Position numbers and translations under genes: made by a program. A DNA stretch of 32,000 bases from Nitrosopumilus sp. (GTDB lineage Archaea > Thermoproteota > Nitrososphaeria > Nitrososphaerales > Nitrosopumilaceae). The notes below the pieces were generated by a model. It worked only from the letters and a program-made list of their open reading frames with translations, made no database searches and was not told the origin of the DNA. Position 1 is the first letter of the stretch. Each line of letters begins with the position of its first letter. The stretch covers positions 1,507,446 through 1,539,445 of the forward strand of contig OY759726.1 of the NCBI GenBank assembly GCA_963662625.1, given 5' to 3'. Shown here piece after piece: positions 15,443-24,775 of the stretch.

Positions 15443-16526
15443 GAATGTTTTTGTTCCTAGCGACAAATTCCGAATTAATATGATCGAGATCTTTTTCAGC
15501 CGCCTCCCGCACCAGCCGTCCACAGTTGGGGAGAAGAAACCCCGGATAGTGGTATTCGGGGCCCATCAGCCCGAATAATCCGTCTAAGGCATCATCACAA
15601 AAGGGAAGCAGTTTGTCTCTCTGCGTGTCTGATTCCCCCAAATAAAGACTGTGGTGAACACGCAAAAACTCTGAAACATGCTCAGCGCCAAGACTGTCAA
15701 GCGGCACCAAGTAATCAAATCTTCTTGAGAGCTGCTCGGAAAACCCGATGTCATACCACTCGTCTTCTTTCTCAGCTGTAAATGATGCGATTAGCGCAAA
15801 ATTTTCTGAAAAATCGTCCAGGAGGGCTCTTAAACTGTCGCCTATGGCGTTGCTAATTCTGATTGGAGTGTTTTCTAATTCGTCAATGACCAGTACTACC
15901 GGCCCAAAATTTTTGCAAAGGTGGGCGATTAGCTCCTTTAGCATCGTTAGTCTTTTGTAATCGCCGTCTAAGGCATAAGTAATGTCCAATTTGTCAAGCT
16001 CTGAGACTGAAAGGCGCTCGCCGAACAACCATTTTTTTGCAAGTTCGGGTTCCCTCAAATTAGTGCTAATCATATAGAGGGCTTTTGCCAATTCGGTGTT
16101 TGGAATTAACTTCTCCCAATTCGCGGTAGAGCCGTTACCATATTTTGCCTTAATAAAATCTGCTATATTTTTAAGGTTGTTTTTCATGAAATATGAAATG
16201 GCTTCCCTATACATTACTGAAAAAGATGGTTCTACTGCAGGGATCAGCGTGTAGATAAAAATGATGTTCTGGGAACCGTGCGAGCGTCTGACTAGCTCCT
16301 TGCTGATGATTTTCGTAAGCCAGGTTTTGCCGCTGCCTGTCTGGCCAAAAATTCTCATTCCCACGCGAGCCCCCCCCGAAACATCCTCCAAAAACTGATC
16401 CAATTTTTTCCTTGCGTCCGCCAAGTCCGGCCTATCCCACTCGAGAAATTTTTCATCAATCTTGTAAGGGTTGGTTGATTCGTAGGGATTTTGAACAAAA
16501 TGGTACTTTTCAAAATATCTGGACAT
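15411..16526 (-). CDS. P-loop AAA-type ATPase (ORC/Cdc6- or AAA_22-like), last gene of the island operon
   Basis: Walker A 'IFGQTGSGKTWLT' and Walker B 'PVVLVIDELENT'. ATG start, 33 nt after the PLD gene stop. Confidence 0.7.
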   Translation of the reverse strand: MSRYFEKYHFVQNPYESTNPYKIDEKFLEWDRPDLADARKKLDQFLEDVSGGARVGMRIFGQTGSGKTWLTKIISKELVRRSHGSQNIIFIYTLIPAVEPSFSVMYREAISYFMKNNLKNIADFIKAKYGNGSTANWEKLIPNTELAKALYMISTNLREPELAKKWLFGERLSVSELDKLDITYALDGDYKRLTMLKELIAHLCKNFGPVVLVIDELENTPIRISNAIGDSLRALLDDFSENFALIASFTAEKEDEWYDIGFSEQLSRRFDYLVPLDSLGAEHVSEFLRVHHSLYLGESDTQRDKLLPFCDDALDGLFGLMGPEYHYPGFLLPNCGRLVREAAEKDLDHINSEFVARNKNILRYSNPRRNS

Positions 16527-16559
16527 GATTTTACTGATCTCGTATTTTGTACCCTTGTC

Positions 16560-17030
16560 TTATACTTTTCCTTGTATTTCGCTAATGTATTTCTGGGCAT
16601 TTGAGATGAGATCGCACCGCTCGTTTTCTATGAATATCCCCGCCTCTTTATTTTCGTGAATCGCGGTATTACTAATGTTTAAGCTTGAAACTAAAAGGCT
16701 GTCAGTAGCGCCTGTTAGCAAAACCATCTTTGCGTGTACTGATCTTCTAAACATAATGGTCACTCCTAGGTTTTCAATCAAGTCAGAAACAAATTCCTGC
16801 TCAGTAGGATCATTTTTGAGCGTTCTTTTGTTTATTATGATTATGACCTTTACCTGACTGCGGATCAACTGCTCCAATTTTTTACGAAATGGCACTCCGT
16901 TAATTGTGGCGTTGTGAATGTGCTGGCTAACGATTTTAAGTTGCTTCAGGCCCCTCCTTGCGGTTATCATTTGGTTTAGGCGAAATTCTAGGGAATGGCC
17001 GGAAACAAATTCTATCACCATGCATCTCAC
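16560..17030 (-). CDS. PLD-family (single HKD) nuclease, Nuc/NucT-like
   Basis: One HKD-type motif 'SVHAKMVLLTGATDSLLVSSLNISNTAIHENKEAGIFIE'. At 156 aa it is the size of dimeric Nuc-type endonucleases. An ATG at 17021 preceded by GGGTGA is a likely alternative to the GTG at 17030. Confidence 0.7.
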   Translation of the reverse strand: MRCMVIEFVSGHSLEFRLNQMITARRGLKQLKIVSQHIHNATINGVPFRKKLEQLIRSQVKVIIIINKRTLKNDPTEQEFVSDLIENLGVTIMFRRSVHAKMVLLTGATDSLLVSSLNISNTAIHENKEAGIFIENERCDLISNAQKYISEIQGKV

Positions 17031-17053
17031 CCTGTATTTTTTATCCCACGATC

Positions 17054-18082
17054 TTACTGCCTCATGTTTTTTAAGGATTTAAACAGGCTTGCAAAATTCG
17101 TTTTTCCCATGATTCTTTCAACGTATTCGTCGTAGCGGTTCTCGTGAATTAGCTTTCTTGCCTTCTTTAGCTCCTGCTGGTGAGTCCAAGCGTTGTGAAT
17201 CGCCCTGGCGTAAAAATCATCCTCCAGCCCCTTCATACCATGGCGCCTGCACATGGGGCACCTGCAGTTTTCCAGCTTTTTCCCCTCTTCTTTAGAAAGC
17301 CGCGGGTATAGTTTTTTTCTTGCCACCTTTGAAACCCACCTGTCGCCCATCCCGGGCATCTGGATTGCGCCAAACGCCGCCTTTGTCCTCCAGGCAGAAC
17401 TGTCAAGGGAGTCTGCGCCAGCATAGTACATCAAGTGCATCGTGAGCGTGCCGCCTGTGCCAAAAACGTGCAGTTTTGCCCTAGGAATTTGCTTTCGAAC
17501 CTCCAAGATCACCTTCATTACGTTGAGGATCCCGCCCACCCCCTTGACGTTATACATGGCAGGAACCAGGCTGCCAATGCCGTAAATTGGGAACCTGTCG
17601 ATTTTTTTCAGCCTTTTCACATAATCCCGAATTTCTCCTGCGTCATAACCATGAATAACCGGCACCAGAACGGGATTTTTTGTAACTTTGTTTTTTAGCA
17701 TGATCCTTGTATTTTGTAGCGTTTTTGATTTCCGCCTTTCGTTTTCTTCTTTAGGTAGGGTGGGAAACAGGGGATGGTCCAAAACCACGCCAAAATTTGG
17801 TTTAGCCCTTTCGTAGAAACCAATAATTTCTTCTGCAGAAACATCCATGTGTTTTCTTTTCATGAATAAAAACCCGCCAGAATCCATCATGATCGGACCA
17901 CGAAATCCCAAAAAGCCATGAATTTTTTCCTCTTGCGCTGTTTTGAATGCGTGTGGGTGCTGCATAAAGTCATGCGCATTCATTAAAACACCACCCACTC
18001 TGAAATAATTCCAAGGCGCGCTCTTTTTATCTGCGACCATTTGGCTAAACCACAGCATCGGGTATTCTATTTTGTGTTTCAT
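17054..18082 (-). CDS. tRNA-guanine transglycosylase superfamily protein (DpdA/ArcTGT-like base-exchange enzyme)
   Basis: 'IMMDSGGFLF' (cf. the TGT catalytic DSGGFQ block), 'IYGIGSLVP', 'LHVFGTGGTLTMHLMYYAGADSLDSSAW', and a zinc site 'CRCPMCRRH..H' (CxCxxC..H). There is no PUA or C-terminal tRNA-binding extension (342 aa). The ATG overlaps the upstream gene's stop (ATGA). Confidence 0.8.
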   Translation of the reverse strand: MKHKIEYPMLWFSQMVADKKSAPWNYFRVGGVLMNAHDFMQHPHAFKTAQEEKIHGFLGFRGPIMMDSGGFLFMKRKHMDVSAEEIIGFYERAKPNFGVVLDHPLFPTLPKEENERRKSKTLQNTRIMLKNKVTKNPVLVPVIHGYDAGEIRDYVKRLKKIDRFPIYGIGSLVPAMYNVKGVGGILNVMKVILEVRKQIPRAKLHVFGTGGTLTMHLMYYAGADSLDSSAWRTKAAFGAIQMPGMGDRWVSKVARKKLYPRLSKEEGKKLENCRCPMCRRHGMKGLEDDFYARAIHNAWTHQQELKKARKLIHENRYDEYVERIMGKTNFASLFKSLKNMRQ

Positions 18083-18813
18083 GTCGTCTTTATCTGCCTA
18101 AGAAGCGATTTGAGCACCTTTGGGTGGGCCACACCGTACATGTCCCATGCAAATGTACCGCGCTCGTTGACCAGGTTTTTAATTTGATTTTTTGTTGGTA
18201 ATATTTCTATGTCTAAATGATATCTCCGAGATGCTAATTCCAACATTCTCCTATGAGTATGATCGTCTTTTTGATCCAAAGCAGAAGAGTACGTTCTCAC
18301 ACACGCGATTATTTTTTTGTATTCTTGTCCTACTCTTTTTAGTGTCTTTCCAACATTGTCAGAAATAATCTCAATGCTTCTATCCAAGTATTCTTTATCG
18401 TACTCTTGCTTGTATCGACGGCACCACCATTCAAAAAGCCCTGGGCAATCATACCATTCGAACCCAGAAAAATACTGGTCTGGTACTAACCCGAAAGGCT
18501 CTGAAATAGTCATCACCTGAATTTGCTCTCTTTTTCCATTAAGCCTATCTAGATATTGGTACAGCTGTTGGTATGAGCGTGATCTGTTGTATGGCTTAAC
18601 TGTAGAGCATGGATAAATCAGCAAAACGTCTTTTCTTTCTGGGACATACGTTTTGGCCATGAAATTATGCCATTTTTTGATATCCGGGTTGGACGCTAGT
18701 CCTTTGTAGACCTCTTCTGGCGAATAGAAGCACAGGGACTTCTTAATTTTGACACCTTTGCCAACTCTGGAAGAAACTGTTCGGTATAGTTCTAACTTTG
18801 ACATTTCCACCAC
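18079..18813 (-). CDS. DUF5591 / ArcS C1-domain-like protein
   Basis: 'IYPCSTVKPYNRSRSY' matches the published archaeosine synthase signature PC-x3-KPY-x2-S-x2-H, except that the final His is Tyr. It is translationally coupled to the TGT-like gene. An ATG at 18804 is an alternative to the GTG at 18813. Confidence 0.65.
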   Translation of the reverse strand: MVEMSKLELYRTVSSRVGKGVKIKKSLCFYSPEEVYKGLASNPDIKKWHNFMAKTYVPERKDVLLIYPCSTVKPYNRSRSYQQLYQYLDRLNGKREQIQVMTISEPFGLVPDQYFSGFEWYDCPGLFEWWCRRYKQEYDKEYLDRSIEIISDNVGKTLKRVGQEYKKIIACVRTYSSALDQKDDHTHRRMLELASRRYHLDIEILPTKNQIKNLVNERGTFAWDMYGVAHPKVLKSLLRQIKTT

Positions 18814-18834
18814 GGTTCAATGTGTACGGGGGTT

Positions 18835-21800
18835 CTAGCCATGATCTTCCACCTCGTCCGAATTCAAGGCAATGCCTAACTTGACAAAGCCTTTCTCATA
18901 CAATATTTGAACAGATTTTGTAACGGCAGGATCAAATAAATTATTGCCAACTTTGTTTAGTCCCGGTTCTAGCTTTCCCGGATCCACGTAATCCTTTCCA
19001 GATGATACGTCCGAAACGAGTTGTAATAAACCGGCAGATCCTCTGTCGATATCTAATTCTTGGATAATTTTTTTCATGAAAACATCTCTCCGCCTATTTA
19101 ATTCATTGACCATTTTAATCCATGTCATTTTATTCATCCTTTGTAAATGGTCTTTTAATTTACTTGAAAATTTTTCGAAATCCATTCTTGATTCTATCAA
19201 GACAACTTGCTTTGATTCAGGTAAATTTTTTGAACAGATATTTACAAAATTAACGAGTGTTTTTGTTTTCGCTTCGACAGCTTCGATAAATTTTTTAATA
19301 ATTTCATGCAACGCTATATTGATCTGCTCTATTTGCTCACTCAAATCCTTCATGTTAGAATTAATCTCTGTCACGCATTTAACAAATATCACAATTTCTG
19401 ATAAAGACGTTGGCAGTTCTAAATATTCTTTATTGGCAGAATTCAAAGATTTTTTCATATCATTAATTTTCTTTTGGATTGCCACAGTGTTGATCGTTGA
19501 GTCTGACACATCTTCAGAACCCACTATAAAGTCACTTAAATCCTCTAAACATTTTTTACATTCCTCATAATGCTTAAGGAAAGTGCATTCATGCTGATCC
19601 ACTTCTTTTATTTTCTCTAATATTTCGCCCCTGCGTTGATTAAAAGCTGCTAGTTTTTGGCTAACAGTAGAAAAATACTCTTCAATTTGTTTTAAATCCT
19701 TTATTTTTGTGGTTTTTGGAAGTGCCGGTGGTTTGATTTGGGTAGCTGACTTGTGTAGGCCGCTGGAAATTTTATGTGCACTCGGAAAAACAAAAGTTGC
19801 GGTTGCAGCCTTAATTTCTCGGTAGGATTCCTTGATACTTTGTGCAAGGCTATTGGTTTTGTCAGTTGTGCGCTTCATCGCGTCAAGTTCAGCATCAAAA
19901 CATTCTACAGCCTTTTTTAGATTATGATAGGGTAAGCTAAAGTAATATGCATCGTCAGCACTTTTCTCAAAATAAAAGGCGGATTTTTTATGATCTTTTT
20001 TAGAGTCTTTCATCCCTATAGATTGAGTTTCTTCTGTGACGAGTCTTCGTTCGTAAGTTTTTTCATATTCGCTCTGAACTAAATCGACAAATTTCTTTTG
20101 GATGCTCTCCAAAATAATTTCAGAAGTGATATGTTGTTCTTTATTGGATACTAGCTTGTTAAATGTTAAAATAATTTCATCTATTTGATGTTTATAGCTT
20201 TCAAATTTAGACATGGTATCCTTGAATAATTTGGCTTTTTGGTTATTTGCCTCGGTAATTATTGGACGAACATTTTCTTGATAATAATCGTAAATTGCAA
20301 TTATTAATTTGGAAAGACGAAGCTCTTCGTCACCGTCTGAATCATTTTTTTTATCAAGTAATCCTTGTAAAACATGAATGTAATCTGATTCACTTATTAC
20401 CCTACATTCTCTCATTTTTGTTTGCGAAATAAAGTGACCGTTTGAATTATCTTGAGGATATGATTCATTCATGTATTTTTCAACAGCATTAATTTTTGGT
20501 TGAAATACTGCATCGCCCTTCTTTATTATGGCGTAAGTGTTATTGGTTTTTCTAATTTTTCCCTTCTGGATCAATGTGTTTAGATAATAATTCTGCAATG
20601 CTCCCTCGGCGTTAGACTGGTTTACGAATTCCTGTTCCAGTCCAGCCTGTGAATTTTTATTTTTTCCTAGTAATCGAATAACCCTTTTTTCTACAGGTGT
20701 GTCAACTGACATGATTACGGAGTTAATGTCCTTTAAAAATTGGTTGTTAGTTAATCCATATGCCCAAGATTTCCATTCGTCTTTAGTTTCAATATCTATC
20801 GGGCAAAATGATCCTTTACTACCAAATAACTTGATTGATTTTAATTTTTTATAAAACTCCCATTGCTCATCGATTGGAAAATTGGATGTACTTATAAAAG
20901 AAGAGATCGCTTCTCTGATACTGCTCTTACTGTAATCTCCCAATTCTTTGAGTAACGGAATTATGATTCCGGAAGCTTCCGCCTTTGGAATCCAAAAATT
21001 TTCAATGCGTTGCTTCAGCTTTAATTCATTTATTATTGCAGAAATGCGGGATTTTTCAGTGATGCGATTAATTTGGATTTTTTCCACTTTTGCACGTTTC
21101 CAACAAAGTAACTGCTCGACATTAATTCTGTCTATTGGAATTCGCTGAATCTCACCCACACCCTCCAGTAATTCATGAACGGGTTTTTCCAAATGTGTTT
21201 GGTAGAATAACAAAGTCAGAACTGCAGGAGTGGCATCAACAAGCTTTCTAATTTTATCAATTTTTTCTACAGAAATATTCTCGATGATTCCTTCAATTAT
21301 AATGGGAATTGGATTGTCCCGTTCATTTAACTTTAAAAGAAAATACTCCTCCTGCGGCTCACAATTAATATCTGAAAGTTTTATCGCATCAATTAGTGCG
21401 TACTTGAGATCATGATGAATCTTATCACGGTTTTTCACATCCCCCAAATCCCTTTGGATTTTTCTTCTTAACTCTAGCCGTTTACTTCTGTCTTTAATAA
21501 AATCAAATTTAATTAAGTTTGGAGATGGAAAGACGTTTTCTAGAAGATTTACTGAAACACGGTAAAATCTATTCGAGGTATCGAAATTATTTTTCACGGA
21601 ATGATAGAATTTTCCAGCAATGGTACTATCAATACCTAACAATCTAGATAATTCGTGTGGGTCTTTTGGAATTACAATCTCTTTATCAAAATAATTCTTT
21701 GATAAATTACTGCTTATAACATAGTTTGTAAATGATTCTTTTAATGTAGCGATCAGGATAGAATTATAGTCAACAGTTATGTACTGATTCTTGCCTTGTT

Positions 21801-23109
21801 CGATTTTTGTATAGTTTGATAAAATTGAATCGAAATCCCGCCCTTCTTTCAATTTATAATATACCCCAAAAGCAGAATCAAGTTTGTTTTGGTTTTGAAG
21901 ATTTTCATTAATTTGATTAACCAAATTGCTGATATCTTTTTTAGGAATACTTAATCTTTCAGAAATTTCATCGATGGAAAAGGCCTTGTTTTCTCCTGTT
22001 AGCAATTCAAAGATTTTAATTAATTTTTCCGAATTTCTCCTTGAATTACTTAATGACTTTCTGAAACCATCTAGCATGTTAGCTTCAATTGCGGACGTGG
22101 ATGATCCATAAACGGAAACTTTGACATCATTTAATTCTTTAAACAGCTGTGTGTAATCAATGCAGCATATCGTGGTTTTATCATAAGGGATCGCCTTGCT
22201 CATTAGCTTGTAGAGCAGCTGGATTAATGCCCTGGGGTTTCTTTGAGAAATATTTACAATAGTTTCAAAAATCCCGGCACTAGCAATTGGCAACTTTTCT
22301 AATTTTCCAGCATAGCTAACTTTTACTAGCTCAGATAAAAAGTGGTAGCAATCAAATCTCGAGAGGAGAGGTAATTCAATCAAATTGTAGGCGAGTCTTT
22401 GTTCAGTGCTCCCCATTACTTGAGAAAAATTAGGATCTTCAGTAATCGTATTCCATGCATACGGCGTACACGCAACAAAGATGTGCAACCTTCCCTCGTA
22501 TTTACCTCCTTCAGATAATGATCCAAATTTTTTGTTGATGACTTCTTTAATTCCTGAAATCACATCAGCTTTAATATCCTCATTGTAGAGAATTTCTTCA
22601 AACTCATCTAAAAATAAATACATTTTTTTTTGATTATTTTCAAACAATTCTGCAAGTTTTTCATTCAGATATCTTACTGGATCTTTTATCATATCTTTGT
22701 AAAACAGTCCTTTATCTCCCTCCTGAGAATATAGATCGTCACCCACTGCAGTTAATAATGCTGTTAAAAAATTGGTGGCGGTGTTTGAATGATGCGTATA
22801 GCTTTCATTCCTACGTAATTTCTTTGCCAGTGTACTGGTAGATACCGAATAGCAATAGTGATGTTTTAGAACCGTTGAGATATAGCGATCAAATGCATCA
22901 GTCTTACCTTCCCCCCATTCTGCTTTAATCAGACATATCTGGATGTTCTTATCATTACGAGTTTTTTCAATAAAGCCGTCGATTAAATTCGCGACTGATT
23001 CGCGCCCAGGAATCTTTGCATTTTTAACTCCTTGGAAAGGAACGCCTTTGGGGTCTGGTAGATTTCTGAGATCGAAAACTGGTGCAGTGCTAACCATCCT
23101 AACCCTCAC
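18835..23109 (-). CDS. Very large (1424 aa) P-loop NTPase (KAP / COG1483-BrxC-like N-terminus) with a long uncharacterised helical C-terminal region
   Basis: Deviant Walker A 'CLIKAEWGEGKTDAF' (AxxxxGKT, as in KAP-type NTPases) and Walker B 'KMYLFLDEFEEIL'. The remaining ~1150 aa are K/E/N/I-rich, with long heptad-like stretches near the C-terminus. An ATG at 23097 preceded by GGTGAGG is a likely alternative to the GTG at 23109. Confidence 0.7.
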   Translation of the reverse strand: MRVRMVSTAPVFDLRNLPDPKGVPFQGVKNAKIPGRESVANLIDGFIEKTRNDKNIQICLIKAEWGEGKTDAFDRYISTVLKHHYCYSVSTSTLAKKLRRNESYTHHSNTATNFLTALLTAVGDDLYSQEGDKGLFYKDMIKDPVRYLNEKLAELFENNQKKMYLFLDEFEEILYNEDIKADVISGIKEVINKKFGSLSEGGKYEGRLHIFVACTPYAWNTITEDPNFSQVMGSTEQRLAYNLIELPLLSRFDCYHFLSELVKVSYAGKLEKLPIASAGIFETIVNISQRNPRALIQLLYKLMSKAIPYDKTTICCIDYTQLFKELNDVKVSVYGSSTSAIEANMLDGFRKSLSNSRRNSEKLIKIFELLTGENKAFSIDEISERLSIPKKDISNLVNQINENLQNQNKLDSAFGVYYKLKEGRDFDSILSNYTKIEQGKNQYITVDYNSILIATLKESFTNYVISSNLSKNYFDKEIVIPKDPHELSRLLGIDSTIAGKFYHSVKNNFDTSNRFYRVSVNLLENVFPSPNLIKFDFIKDRSKRLELRRKIQRDLGDVKNRDKIHHDLKYALIDAIKLSDINCEPQEEYFLLKLNERDNPIPIIIEGIIENISVEKIDKIRKLVDATPAVLTLLFYQTHLEKPVHELLEGVGEIQRIPIDRINVEQLLCWKRAKVEKIQINRITEKSRISAIINELKLKQRIENFWIPKAEASGIIIPLLKELGDYSKSSIREAISSFISTSNFPIDEQWEFYKKLKSIKLFGSKGSFCPIDIETKDEWKSWAYGLTNNQFLKDINSVIMSVDTPVEKRVIRLLGKNKNSQAGLEQEFVNQSNAEGALQNYYLNTLIQKGKIRKTNNTYAIIKKGDAVFQPKINAVEKYMNESYPQDNSNGHFISQTKMRECRVISESDYIHVLQGLLDKKNDSDGDEELRLSKLIIAIYDYYQENVRPIITEANNQKAKLFKDTMSKFESYKHQIDEIILTFNKLVSNKEQHITSEIILESIQKKFVDLVQSEYEKTYERRLVTEETQSIGMKDSKKDHKKSAFYFEKSADDAYYFSLPYHNLKKAVECFDAELDAMKRTTDKTNSLAQSIKESYREIKAATATFVFPSAHKISSGLHKSATQIKPPALPKTTKIKDLKQIEEYFSTVSQKLAAFNQRRGEILEKIKEVDQHECTFLKHYEECKKCLEDLSDFIVGSEDVSDSTINTVAIQKKINDMKKSLNSANKEYLELPTSLSEIVIFVKCVTEINSNMKDLSEQIEQINIALHEIIKKFIEAVEAKTKTLVNFVNICSKNLPESKQVVLIESRMDFEKFSSKLKDHLQRMNKMTWIKMVNELNRRRDVFMKKIIQELDIDRGSAGLLQLVSDVSSGKDYVDPGKLEPGLNKVGNNLFDPAVTKSVQILYEKGFVKLGIALNSDEVEDHG

Positions 23110-24775
23110 CTAGTAAACCCTTCACTACATCAGTAGTTCCAGCAGTGTGTGGGATCACCCTGTCATTTGAGCTCACTTTAATCGTTAATGGAATGGGTAA
23201 TTTTTTGGACATTTGCCCCGTAACAATTACTTGGCCTTGAGAAAGATTCGTTAATTTGTTTTCTCGTGATTTAGGCAAACCTCCTGTCACTTTTCTCACA
23301 AAACTAATATCACCAAATGCGATTCTATGGATAAAGAATGTATTTACCATGGAAACGACCACTTCATCTAAAAATGCAGGTCTTTGAGAGATGAGGCATA
23401 ACCCAATTCCAAATTTTCTTCCTTGTGTTGCAATAACGTGTAATTTTCTTCTAGCTAATCCTGCACCTACCTTGTACACGGAATCATTGGGTATATAGTT
23501 ATGTGCTTCCTCAATTGCAAAAATAATGTATTTCTTTGCTTTATCAGTTTTATAGCGGGTGAAGGTTTTATAAATTAAAGATGCGAAATACCCCACTACT
23601 GCTTGCTTTAACTCTGGGGAAATTCCCGGCGCGCCATCAGATGAAAAATCTATTATTGCAATTTCGCGGTTATTTGTAAGTTTGTCAAGGAAATTACGAG
23701 TAATTGTGGGATCCTCATCGAAAAGTTTTGATGTTAAAGCTTCGCGTCTAAATTTTTCTAATGCTCTTCGTATTGCACCTGCAACAGAACTATGAATTTC
23801 TGGATTTTTACCAGTTGAGAAATCGTTTAATTTAGTAGTTATGCGTTCGAATTTGGCTTCATCAGTGAATAACTCACTATAACGGAATTCTGGAGGTTCT
23901 TGGTTTGGATTTCCGATATCATTTTGTAGTTCCATATATTCAATCACTCTTTCCAGTCCCGTAATTTGAAGTTCGGGCAACTCCCCACCCGTATAAAACT
24001 GCATTATGATTTCCGCTAATTCAGTTCGTGATAGTGTACCTAGATCAATTCTTAGTTCAGCGACGTTTGCATCTCCTCGTTGTGTGGATACAGGGAAAAC
24101 ATATCGTGTAATATTTTTACACGCGCCATCTAAACTATCTCCATTAACTGCATAATCAGTATAGTCGCCATTAGAATCTATTATCAGCATGGGCATAGCT
24201 ACTAGTCGGGTTGGTCCTGCAGGGACATTCACAAATTTTTCAATCAGTGCACCCACGTTGTAGGATTTCCCACTACCAGTAGTCCCAAAAACTGCCATAT
24301 GCATCGGTATTTCTTCTATACTCAGCGGAATTGGGGCCTTTTGATATCCAAGTAGTGTACCATACCACACGTATCCTGGTTCGTTTCTTCCAATCCCAAA
24401 AATCGTTTCAGGATCAGACACGTCAACTTCAAAAACAGGGTCGCCTGGCAGCGGAGGATGGTTAAGCAGGGCCAGATGTGGAATTTCGCCTAAAAGCTCC
24501 AGTGTACAGGTTACATATTGCCGGGCTACGTTTGAAGGGATACTGAAATCCTTTCTTCTGGATTCTGACCACGCATCCCCTTTGGTGTAGAAATCATTGT
24601 GAGGTTCTACGCTTTCTACATGAGCAAGAATGTCTTTGCCTCTAGATTCAATTAAGACTAATTTGCTCTCCGTTATTTTATGCTCAAAGTTTTCAAATAA
24701 CTGAAATTTTGCTTCAGAAGAAGAACCGGCAGTGAGGATGACTCCTATTTTATCCCCTTTTGGGTTTCTGGCCAT
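23099..24775 (-). CDS. herA: HerA-like (DUF87, FtsK/HerA-class) ATPase
   Basis: N-terminal barrel-like region, Walker A 'VFGTTGSGKSYN', Walker B 'YIIFAIEEAHNYIP', and 'ATQGRKFGIGLCLISQRPAFLD'. The ATG at 24775 overlaps the NurA-like stop (TGATG). The track's TTG at 24778 is an alternative start. Confidence 0.85.
   Translation of the reverse strand: MARNPKGDKIGVILTAGSSSEAKFQLFENFEHKITESKLVLIESRGKDILAHVESVEPHNDFYTKGDAWSESRRKDFSIPSNVARQYVTCTLELLGEIPHLALLNHPPLPGDPVFEVDVSDPETIFGIGRNEPGYVWYGTLLGYQKAPIPLSIEEIPMHMAVFGTTGSGKSYNVGALIEKFVNVPAGPTRLVAMPMLIIDSNGDYTDYAVNGDSLDGACKNITRYVFPVSTQRGDANVAELRIDLGTLSRTELAEIIMQFYTGGELPELQITGLERVIEYMELQNDIGNPNQEPPEFRYSELFTDEAKFERITTKLNDFSTGKNPEIHSSVAGAIRRALEKFRREALTSKLFDEDPTITRNFLDKLTNNREIAIIDFSSDGAPGISPELKQAVVGYFASLIYKTFTRYKTDKAKKYIIFAIEEAHNYIPNDSVYKVGAGLARRKLHVIATQGRKFGIGLCLISQRPAFLDEVVVSMVNTFFIHRIAFGDISFVRKVTGGLPKSRENKLTNLSQGQVIVTGQMSKKLPIPLTIKVSSNDRVIPHTAGTTDVVKGLLGEG

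Noticed and set aside
17054-18813. Reading the TGT-like and DUF5591 genes as the organism's ordinary tRNA archaeosine (ArcTGT/ArcS) genes.
   Set aside because: They lie in a low-GC foreign island and are translationally coupled within an operon of nucleases and ATPases. They lack the PUA/C-terminal tRNA-binding domains, and the ArcS signature His is replaced. A tRNA role cannot be excluded without phylogeny or biochemistry, so this reading is demoted rather than disproved.
19076-22111. Plus-strand ORFs inside the 1424-aa gene (19076..19570 at 164 aa, 20948..21148, 21230..21415, 21926..22111), plus similar antisense ORFs inside the other island genes.
   Set aside because: They are antisense to a long, motif-bearing CDS. 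The translations are Ile/Phe/Ser/Leu-rich, as expected from the reverse complement of a K/E/N-rich AT-rich gene.
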